DNA of 64,000 nucleotides from Phoronis australis (Eukaryota > Animalia > Phoronida): positions 104,884 to 168,883 of the forward strand of contig NMRA01000737.1 in the NCBI GenBank assembly GCA_002633005.1, given 5' to 3'. Of this stretch, positions 13,240 to 22,718 are shown piece after piece. Made by a program: the position numbers and the translations under genes. Under the pieces are notes generated by a model that was not told where the DNA came from, made no database searches, and was given only the letters and a program-made list of their open reading frames with translations. How positions within the stretch are numbered: position 1 is the stretch's first letter; each line of letters begins with the position of its first letter.

Positions 13240-13340
13240 CCCTGAAGTGTTGCGTCACCAGAGACCGTGACCAGCAAGAAGAATCGTGGGTAGAAGAAAC
13301 TGCCTGCAAGTGTTGCATCACCAGAGACGGTGACCAGCAA
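13240..13340. repeat. Two-copy tandem repeat, ~62-bp period
   Basis: cctg(c)aagtgttgc.tcaccagagac.gtgaccagcaag occurs twice. Confidence 0.7.
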
Positions 13341-14182
13341 GTACACTGTCGTTATACAGTGTGTGTGTAGTTCGAAGATTTACCAACAGGACAGTCATCC
13401 CACAAGCGCAGAGTCCTAGCTTGGATAGCATATAAAACACTTGATTATTTTGATTGATTGATTCAAGTAGTGTTTAAAGAGGGCGCTAGCGTAGTTACTC
13501 TTCTTTGTAGTTGGTTACTTAATAATTAACAACAGGTTTAACTTGTCTAATTAGGGGTTATCATATGATAAATTAATTACTGGATTTGGTTATTCACTCT
13601 CCATCTACGCACAATCTCAAAGCATAGCTACCTTTTAAACAAACCCACAGTCAATCTCTGAAACTGTGGTTGGATTGAAAATTGGTGATGCGACATTTCT
13701 ATAGTGTTTTTGCAAAAATAAAGTTCTTACGATAACTGTTGAAATGGTGCGGCAATACTTTATCTTGTTTAACTCTGCTCAAACCACCCTTAGTGACGTC
13801 ATCGGATTTTGTGTACAATGGTCAACAGGGGTGTACGGAACCCCAATAGGGCCATTTTGAAGGCCGCCAGATAATTAGGGGCGCGCACATTTTCTGTTAC
13901 AAATATTCTGATTCACATCCATAGTGACGATAGCGCTGCGTTGAAAAACCACAACGTTAAAAACAAAGTTCTTAGTGTTTGAAAAAATGAAACCACGAAA
14001 TGTTGGCATAGAATATAGGCGTACGCTTTCTCGCTATTATCTCTAGAAATGAGTAGGGTGCACACCAGAAACAAGTATGATTTTCCGTCACTTCAATCTT
14101 AACAAAACGGTAAAAATGAGCGACCCAATCACCTTGAAAGCTCTTTACAGTACCTTCAATTACTACCGACTCTGTTACGTAC

Positions 14183-14498
14183 CCGCCTGACCATGTTCTC
14201 CTACATCGCCTACTCTGCCTTTTACTCCCGGATCTCCTCTTGACCCTTGATCACCCGGATGTCCAGGCAAGCCCACGAGACCATGAAGTCCGTCTAATCC
14301 CGGTACACCGTTACGAGAGGTACCCGGGCGTCCCTTGTTCCCTTTCAAGCCTCTTCTCCCATGTGGGCTGTTATTTCCTGCTTCACCCTTCACTCCAGGG
14401 TCACCCGCGTATCCCGCACAACCCTTGCGACCCTCACGACCGGACAAGCCGTCTCGGCCTTTCCTCCCAGATAGCCCCGCTGGGCAGTGGGTCATCAC
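14183..14498 (-). CDS. CTHRC1-like gene A, collagen (Gly-X-Y) exon
   Basis: tttctag acceptor and G|gtacgt donor, 316 nt, phase 0->1. VMTHCPA is followed by 31 Gly-X-Y triplets with two interruptions (SPH, RN). Confidence 0.92.
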
Positions 14499-14859
14499 CT
14501 AGAAACAATGGAAATGTTCAATAATCAGTGACAGTTTGCTTTATTCCTTGTCTTCAAAATCTGATGGACTTTACACGATTACCCACCGCAAACCCTACCT
14601 TACAGACCTGTATATGTGTCGTATGAGATAAGAGTACGTTGGATTTTACTTCGTGATTTGGACGGCAAATTGACATACGGCAGTAAAATCCAGAGCATAG
14701 ACTTGTTGGATACGAGTCATCCATTGTGTTCTATAGGTGTAAAGACATTAGCACAACACATAAGGTGAGAAATCCTTGCTTTTGGACCGGAACAGACTCC
14801 AACCAAACTGGCCGCTAGGGTACGGTACCGCGCACACTTGCGAGAAACTTGCCTTCCAC

Positions 14860-15980
14860 CACAGGCGCTTGGGTTCATCGCAAATGACGTCACTCAATAA
14901 TATATATAAGAAAACATAAAGGTTGGACACTTAAACTTTGCCAAGCCGAGGCTCCCAACTTCAACCGTCCAAAATCCAAATAAAATCTGCGTGCACCTCC
15001 CTCAGTCTGGTGTTGAATAAACCTTCGAAGCCTTATCTTTCCTAGATCCCATTAATTGTCTTCGTGAGTGGTGAATTGGCGATGGAATTTCCAAAACAAT
15101 CGCAAAACTCTGAATTCAAGGACCTGAAATAGTAAACGTGGCGGATTTCAGTTGTGCTTCAACTTGTACGCCTGTCGTGGGTGAAACTTCGCGTTTTGAG
15201 CAAGCAACCTATATTTCAAATTCAATAATTCTAATCCAAAACTCAACTAATTGAGAATGTTAAAGTTAGTATTTTAATGATTATTTGTAACTTTATTCCA
15301 CTGACGGCTCATTTTAGCCCTTAACTTAGAAATTTATTACACAAACTGGCATATCTTGTTTCTCATCTTGACATCACGCACTTTTTTGATTGAAGCACAA
15401 CACACACTCGGCTAGGAAACGCAGTCCGTGCCAGTATTACAATGCGCGTGGCCAACGAATTAACTCAATGGTTTTGGCCAAAAGTAAAACCTTCATAAGA
15501 AATCACAGTACACAAAAACTTCGCATATCAATACAGTATCAGGATAATTTATATTTGACACTAATATGTTACATATTATATTTTATTGGCAATAAAGTGC
15601 TCTCTGCTTCTCATGATCAAGTAGTCGAGGGATTGATGATGAAAGCCGCGCGAAATTAAACTTTCGGATTTAGCTCGCGAGCGTCCATCAAAAACCCGGA
15701 TGTGCGAAGACCGTCTGCCATGACATCACGGAATCACTTCCTTGAATTTGTGATTTTGGCATTCTTTTGGCATTTTTGTCGCCAAATCACCACTCGAAGG
15801 CAATTTGAAGAGATCGAATGAAAGAAAGTATTCTAACAGTTGTTCTATGCTAGTTTCGTGGAGTTCCATCCACATTTGAGTAGAAAATTCTTAGCAAACA
15901 GATTTCGAGTGTCCAACCTTTATGTTTTCTTATATATATTATTGACTGACATCATTTGCAATAAACCCAAGCGCCTGTGC
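14860..15980. mobile_element. Non-autonomous element with long imperfect inverted repeats
   Basis: 14860-14930 is the reverse complement of 15909-15980. 15058-15125 loosely matches the reverse complement of 15735-15800. Confidence 0.5.
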
Positions 15981-16443
15981 CTTCCACTACCGTGATTTCT
16001 TGTGGTGTAGCATGATTTTAACATTTGCGCCAGAGCTTAAAGGAGTGTCACACAAGAAACAGTCTGCTGTGCATGGTCATACTTTACATTGACATATGAT
16101 ATCTATCTGACGCGCCACCTATAGTGAAAAGTGGNTAAGAGTTGTCCTATGCTAGTTTCGTGGAGTTCCATCCACATTTGAGTAGAAAATTCTTAGCAAA
16201 CAGATTTCGAGTGTCCAACCTTTATGTTTTCTTATATATATTATTGACTGACATCATTTGCAATAAACCCAAGCGCCTGTGCCTTCCACTACCGTGATTT
16301 CTTGTGGTGTAGCATGATTTTAACATTTGCGCCAGAGCTTAAAGGAGTGTCACACAAGAAACAGTCTGCTGTGCATGGTCATACTTTACATTCATTTTTG
16401 ACATATGATATCTATCTGACGCGCCGCCTATAGTGAAAAGTGG
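15836..16443. repeat. ~300-bp tandem duplication across the N at 16135 (likely assembly overlap)
   Basis: 15836-16134 recurs nearly identically at ~16137-16443 with one 9-bp indel. Confidence 0.85.
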
Positions 16444-16790
16444 CCCTGTAGAAACATGATAAACGACACACGGAATTCCATGTGTAAGCACCAATGCGCA
16501 TGCTTGGTCGGAATTACCGATCACATCGCCACCAGTTGCACACCCTCCTATGCACTCTACTTGCTTGGGCTTAAACTACTGGATCGGGGGTTTTCTTGAT
16601 TTTGTTCACTTCGATCATTGCCCGTATTAATAAACTGCAGCTATTCAAGTCAAAGGTAGTCGCCATAATACGTAACTGAAAGGGGTTTCCCAAATTTCAA
16701 CCAATGGGAATGACTGAATGTTATGACGTTGGTTTCATTACTTTAACCAATGAGAAGCCATGTTCAACAACATTCCCAGTGCTATCTTCT
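16410..16790 (+). repeat. Dispersed repeat family copy (related to 23255-23620 and 24865-25175)
   Basis: Shared blocks tctgacgc..ccacctat..tgaaaagtggccctgt, ctattcaagtcaaa and ccaatgagaagccatgtt.aacaacat. Confidence 0.75.
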
Positions 16791-17928
16791 GTAATACTGT
16801 GCATTAACCTGAACTATCATTGCTCCCATACAGAATCGACACTTCCTTGACGTAAACGTAACACAAAAATATGAGATGTATTAAATACTCGTAAACTGGA
16901 TATGTATTTTATGACAACATTCATCAATAGCCAACAGTCCTGTACAGGGCTTTATGGGGCCTACATTTGATATGACTACACGGACGTATCCTCCGCCACC
17001 CATCACTACAAGCACTACCAACCACAATCTGGACCAACACACCATTGCCACCACCACTGTCACGTGGTGAATATGTTGCCGGTAGGCGGTTGAAACAACA
17101 CAGTTTGATTTGGATATAATAATGAGTATATTGACTTAATATTTAAATTTCCCTAAATGAACGATCGTAAAGATTTACTAAGAAGGTTAAATTAATCCGC
17201 ATGTGATTAAGTTTCACGTTCCTGGAGTCTGCCTTGGATCCATGCAGTGTTACACTTATTGTGAGGAGTTTCCTCTTCCCTTGATCATGCGATCCTGTTT
17301 TCCAAGCAGTCGTCACTTGATCAAATGCTTCGGAGCTATCCTAAAGTTCAGTCCATCGAACACCATGCATGTTAACATGAATTCAGTTCATCGAATTCTA
17401 GATACAGTGTATCCCCTTGAAATTCAGTCAATCGAATTTCTATAACTTGTGATATTTCTCAGAAAACCAGTAGCATCTCTTCAAGAATATCTGCTATATC
17501 TCAGTAACAAGCCGGTTGCCTCTCTTCAAGAAATATTTGATATTTCTATAGCAATCTGGTTGCCTCTCGTCAAGAAAAATATGCCTTCTTGAGTAGCTAA
17601 CAGTATACTAATACTCAAACAGAATAAAGGTGGGCGAGTTAGATCAAAACATAAAACCCACAAACTTCCTCCAAATGCTACCCATAGTTCCAAAACAACT
17701 CTCGGAATAACATCTTGGGATTCCAACTATGAAGCTAAGCCTTCACAAAATATGGTGTTGGACAGACAAACCTTGCAAAAATTGCTAATAAATAGTAACA
17801 AAACTATTGTTGTTGCCATGACTCGATCACCCCAAAGTTGACCAATTCCGGTGAATTTAAAGTTTTATCACTCTGCTAGCATAACATAACATTAACACAT
17901 TGTCAAAGACAAATATGCTGATTCATTT

Positions 17929-18280
17929 CCTATGCGGATTAAGGGGGGCAGCCACCCTGGCTGCCGCAAGCAAAAATGAAACGGCAACAGAGTGAAGCGT
18001 GAGCAAAAATATTGAGTATTGAATTCAATAACGAGGACCGGTAGCGGATGAAAGGGGGGGGGGGTGGGCTCAAACCAAGATCGCGCACGAATCGTGTTCC
18101 CGTTTCTTTGTTTTTTTTGTTTTTTCTTTTTTAGTCCACCGACAAATTTACCGGACAGAAAGTCCGCATGCCCGGCCCCCGCAACTTTCGTGCTTCCTGT
18201 GCACGTACGCTCGCGCTTTGACCAATTCCCCGAGGCAACATGTTGGGGCGCCCTTTTATGGTATCCTAGATTCGCCACTG
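17929..18280 (-). mobile_element. MITE, same family as the element spanning the gap at 59853-60744
   Basis: The reverse complement of 18240-18280 (cagtggcgaatctaggata...ccaacat) matches 59853-59895. The other end (gcggattaagggggg) matches the reverse complement of 60723-60744. Confidence 0.65.
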
Positions 18281-18421
18281 CCATAGGAGGCAATAAATTT
18301 CAGTAAACAATTAATTACGCAACAACCACTATATACTTAATTAATACTAATACTTTTCGTACAATGTTATTATCATGTACTTCGTTAATCTAAGTTGGAG
18401 AGTATCTGTATCATATTTTAA

Positions 18422-19581
18422 AGGCAAAGGCAACCTTTTTTCATGTCACTTTCAGCACAAATAAGGTTCGTTGATTATCCCAGACACATTTTTCACTTAA
18501 TTACATCTATTCGTAATTTGATTAATTTATCGTCCTCTACTCCGGAAGTGACGTTTTGGTAGGCAAGAGTTTCGCGCCAATTTCTTTTCATTGTAGTCTG
18601 ACTTTGAGGGCTGTCGAGTCAGTCATTGTTCTACCTCAGTTGTGATAAGTTCGCTCGTCGTTTGCTGTTGTTTACAAGTCAGTCAATATGCCACGCTGTT
18701 GCTGCGTGCCGGGATGTACTCATTATCGTCTCACACGTGCTTTATGTACCTTGCGTCGCTTTCCGAAGGATGACACACTTCGACGTACTTGGCTAGCTCG
18801 TTCATGTGAAGAACGAAGCCCTACCCGTCTACGCAACGCACAAAGCAGTGGAGGGTTACCGAGTGTGGCAAGCATTTTCTGCCGTCAGATTACGACAGAG
18901 ATATGTACGCTGAATTGATGAAGGTCCCTGCTAAATAACGCCTGAAGAAGGGTACCATACCGTCGCTGTTGATTCCCGGCAGTGCCCCGTCGCCAACCCC
19001 GAGAAGTGCGTTTTTGAAGCGAGAAGCCTCGCGAGCTGTGGCCACTATATACAGTAACTGGAGGCACCTTATCTACTGTCACCCGTGCCTCCGAATGTAC
19101 CCCATTGCATGCAATTCCGGGAACTAGTAGTGATTCGTCCTGTGCTGTTGTCTCTAACCCAGAGCCTGTAAGCAGCCCTGCAGCGATGTTGAGTAGTGGG
19201 AGTGAATACAGGCCCATTTCTACACCCAGTGAAGAGGACAGTACGTGAGACGATAATGAGTACACCCTAGTGAGACGATAACGAGTACACCCTAGTACGC
19301 AGCAACAGCGTGGCATGTTGACTAACTCGCAAGCAAAAGCAAACGACGACCAAACTTATGACAACCGAGGTAGAACAATGACTGACTCGACTGCTCTCAC
19401 AGTCAGACTATATGAAAAGAAATTGGAGCGAAATTCTTGCCTCCCAAAACGTCACTTCCGGAGTAGACGACGAGTAATTAATTAAATTACGAAAAGCAGT
19501 AAATAAGTGAAAAAGATGTCTGGGATAATAAACGAACCTTATTTTTGCTAAAAAGAACATGAATAAAGGTTGCCTTCGCCT
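18422..19581. mobile_element. Kolobok-like non-autonomous DNA transposon with ~315-bp inverted arms and TTAA target duplication
   Basis: ttaa|aggcaaaggcaacctt ... aaggttgccttcgcct|ttaa. Arms 18422-18735 and ~19270-19581 are diverged reverse complements. It contains a THAP pseudo-ORF. Confidence 0.8.
18688..18972 (+). pseudogene. THAP domain pseudogene (transposase N-terminus)
   Basis: MPRCCCVPGC...RRFPKDDTLRRTWLA, then after frameshifts GKHFLPSDYDRDMYAELMKVPAK*RLKKGTIPSL. This is the C2CH THAP signature with an AVPT-like box, frameshifted and with an in-frame stop. Confidence 0.85.
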
Positions 19582-20639
19582 TTAATGATAAATAAATGAC
19601 ATGTTCATCCTACATAAACTCTCCCCGTAACAACCAACACCAAGATAACAAACAAAACTGTAGAAGAATTAACCATCAGTTTTTTTCCAAAATATTCACG
19701 CACATACGGACCATTCGTTTTCCACGGACAATGATTTCCCAAACGCGTCAAGCTAAAACGCTAGTACTTTCCCTGGCAGAAAAAACCTCACTTACTTGTG
19801 TACGAAGGGCTATAAATGCCACATTTGTAGACGCCTTTTTGGTGTTTTCGCAACCGTTTTCGTTCATGTAGACAGCTTACACGCACATGGGATAGAGGCC
19901 TTTGTTTATGGTGGCAATCAATAGCTTTTTTCAGCCACGGTAGAATTTAGTGGCACCAATTTCACTAAAAATAGGCGCCTGTTGTTATGAATTGTATGCT
20001 GATTTTTGAAACAGTTCTGACAGAAAGAGTGCCAATTATTGACCCCGTTGGCTCATTTCTCCGGTCGTGGCTTTTCTGAGCCTTCATTGCTTCCCAGAAG
20101 GAAGTTGAAATTGAGCAAAAATTCAGGTATTTCTCAGACACATTGGACCTGAAAAAATCAAGCTGGTCGACATCCCCATTCCTCAAGATCAAAATTTCTA
20201 TAACATTGACTTTTCGCGGTCTGAATGCAATATTACTTACTAGCTCGCCAGAGGCCGCGAAGTCCGGTTACCCATCACAGAACCATCAGGGCAAAAGTTG
20301 TACAATGACAATGATTCGAATAATGTATTTGAATATCTGAATAACGATTCCCCTAACATCTGACCATAGGATATAAAATCGAGTTATTGTTTCACAACAG
20401 CTTTCTGTCAGAAAGCACTAAATTAGCATGCTCTCACACGGCCTTTGCTTTATTATACCTAAAGCCGGTAACGCAGTGATTTATTCATTGCTGGCTTCTG
20501 AAAACATTTTGCACTTACGAACACTCCAAAGCATTACAAATTGTATCTAATGAGACATACTTTGTTTCAGTTTTATATAAGTATTGGTTAGGATGAGAAT
20601 AATTCATTTTGAAACAGAACACTCAGTAATAAACGTCGA

Positions 20640-21560
20640 CGTGGCAACTCGCAATCCCGACTTTAAGACGAGTGCTCGAGAACGAGCACAGACAACGGAA
20701 TATATGAAGTTTCGAAAACCGTTTGAATGACTTGTCCTGGTATCAGTGAGCTAACTGCATTATGATGGAAACAACTGACGCTTGCGTTTGCAGCCCCGAA
20801 ATTCCGCAAGTGAAACGCCTTCTTGGAGACGCGTAATAATGTGTCTCACGGACCATCCTAATTTTGCACCGCATCTAAACAGAGGTGTATGGTGGGCCGT
20901 TGAGGGGAAAGTGTCGCCGTAAAATTACGCTCGTAATTACGAGCGTAAATTAAATTTCAGGAGTGTCGCCGTACAATTACGCTCGTAAATTAAATGGGAA
21001 AAGTTTTGCCGTAAAATTACGTTCGTAATTACGAGCGTAAGTTAAATTTCAAAAGTGTTGCGGTAAATTATATGGGGTAAATGTCGCCGTAAATTGCGCT
21101 CGTAAAATACCTTAAGAACGTTCCAAATTCAAACCAATCAGTGATGACCAAACATACATGTACACGACTGTTGCTAGGCAGCTCGTTCTTTCACAATCGC
21201 TGACATGGCAGCAGCGATTTGATCCGCCATGATTCAGCGCTCGTATCGTAGACATGAAACCCGCCAGTAAATAAGTATTTCCATGCGCGCGTGCGATCTT
21301 GGATTGTAAAACCCAACGTCATTGGCTAAGAGTTTAAACTAAATTACGAGCGCAATTTTACGCCGTAAAGAATTAAATTACGCTCGAATTTTACGGTGTA
21401 AATAACGGCGTAATGTACACAATTACGCTCGTATTTTTCCCGCGATACTTTCCACTCAACAGCCCATCATAGAGGTGTGCTTACGACGTTGTTTAGGGCT
21501 GAGAAAAAGACCTGGCAAAACATTCTCCACCCAGAGGACCAAACAGAAGCCTGACGAACG
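20640..21560 (+). pseudogene. P2X7 C-terminal (ballast)/nanor-like Cys-rich protein remnant
   Basis: NRLNDLSWYQ*ANCIMMETTDACVCSPEIPQVKRLL.../MCLTDHPNFAPHLNRGV|LTTLF fits WCxCxxC..M....ECxCCxE....CITxHPxF...LN..VL. It has stops, a frameshift and a MITE insertion. Confidence 0.75.
20888..21471. mobile_element. MITE with 24-bp TIRs, internal subrepeats and target-site duplication
   Basis: tatggtgggccgttgaggggaaag / ctttccactcaacagcccatcata. agaggtgt lies on both sides (6- or 8-bp TSD depending on the TIR boundary). Many aattacgctcgtaa / ttacgagcg motifs inside. Confidence 0.85.
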
Positions 21561-21649
21561 AATCAGTCATCAAACTGTGTACATCATGTATATTAAAACG
21601 TTATGTTCTCACACCTTGAATTAATCGTAATTCTTTATGTTTTCACGGC

Positions 21650-22220
21650 CAACTACAATTCTCTATAATCAAAATCTGATCAACAACCGATCTGCGTTTC
21701 TTGGTCTCCTGTCTGCCGAACGCAAACAAACTAGGCACAACATCTAACTTCAGCCTCAGTCTCTTTTTCTGCCCTAACATGAGCTGTTTGGTAAGCCGGC
21801 ATTCGATCCTAAGTGAAATCACTGTAGACGAAATGCCGACCACTGACAGACAGGGGGAAGTTTCACAGCATCATACTTGGTATTTTAATACCAAGTGAAG
21901 AATGAAAGGTACGCCTTTAAAACGGCGTACACATGTACTTTTCATTCTTCACTACCGCAAGCCACTTCCGAAGCATTATGCGCTCTCGAGGAAATCAAAA
22001 AAATAATATACCCGCCTCCCGTTCATTAACGCTAGGACCTCGCTAAAAAACAAGACTTCGCGAGATTAGGTGACATATCGCCGTGTATTTTAATTGAGAA
22101 CACGTGACTTTGACTAGGTTTTAGCTAGGTCCTAGCGCAGGTCCTAGCGTCTACTGAACGCACGTCCGCTCACCTCGTAGCTTCATAGTTCGCACAAACG
22201 GGAATGGTACCCCACACCAT
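21650..22220 (-). pseudogene. THAP domain remnant
   Basis: MVWGTIPVCAN (from 22220), FPRERIMLRKWLAVVKN (~21995-21945) and LTKQLMLGQKKRLRLKLDVVPSLF (21796-21725). A small inverted-repeat insert at ~22020-22165 interrupts it. Confidence 0.7.
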
Positions 22221-22718
22221 AGCGGCACCCCTGACGTCGCTGCGTCGTTTCTCACCTTCCTCACAGGTTAATGTGCCACCTCTCGGCGAGGTAAGATCGA
22301 CCGTATACGAGGTGATGTGGATATAGACCGATTAAGACGGTAAAAAGACTAAATTAAATCGGGTGGCATTCTCCTTTAAGTGCCACCTTATGGGAAAACG
22401 TTGAAGTGTTTTGACGTCCGATTTCGCTTAAAAGTAAATTGTTGGCGAAAATGAGCCCTTGCGGACACTCATGTGAGCCTAATTTGAAATATTTTGAAAT
22501 GTCCTTTTACTGGCGAAAAGCTGAAAATTTTACCCACATTTGGAATGCCTGCGCCCCGTGCTCGGGGTAAATATGACACTGGTACGGTAGCAGTTGATCA
22601 TTTGCTTCATTTTAATTGTAATGTATCCCTCTTCTACACCTTCGATGTGTCGTATCACTTTTATCCGAATCCGGGGGGCACATAAATTTCCACACCGAAC
22701 CGTCCATATTTTAAATTA

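Larger units (their letters stand above)
20225..22375 (-). mobile_element. Internally deleted Kolobok-like element with convergent THAP (minus) and P2X7-ballast-like (plus) remnants
   Basis: The right end ...gcattctcct|ttaa reads ttaa|AGG on minus. THAP remnant at 22220->21650 and Cys-rich remnant at 20640-21560. Left boundary is inferred only from homology to 28480-28940. Confidence 0.6.

Noticed and set aside
15836-16443. 300-bp tandem repeat as a real feature
   Set aside because: It is centred on the N at 16135 and has the same artefact signature.
16881-17063. Hydrophobic ORF resembling a signal peptide
   Set aside because: It derives from low-complexity ACC/CAC repeats and has no suitable donor.
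19796-19867. Candidate first exon for gene A (MNENGCENTKKASTNVAFIALRTQ|gtaagt, phase 0)
   Set aside because: The donor and phase fit, but there is no signal-peptide hydrophobic core, so it is unsupported without transcripts.
20905-21110. CRISPR-like repeated motifs
   Set aside because: There are no unique spacers or cas genes, the context is eukaryotic, and the motifs lie inside a TIR-bounded MITE.
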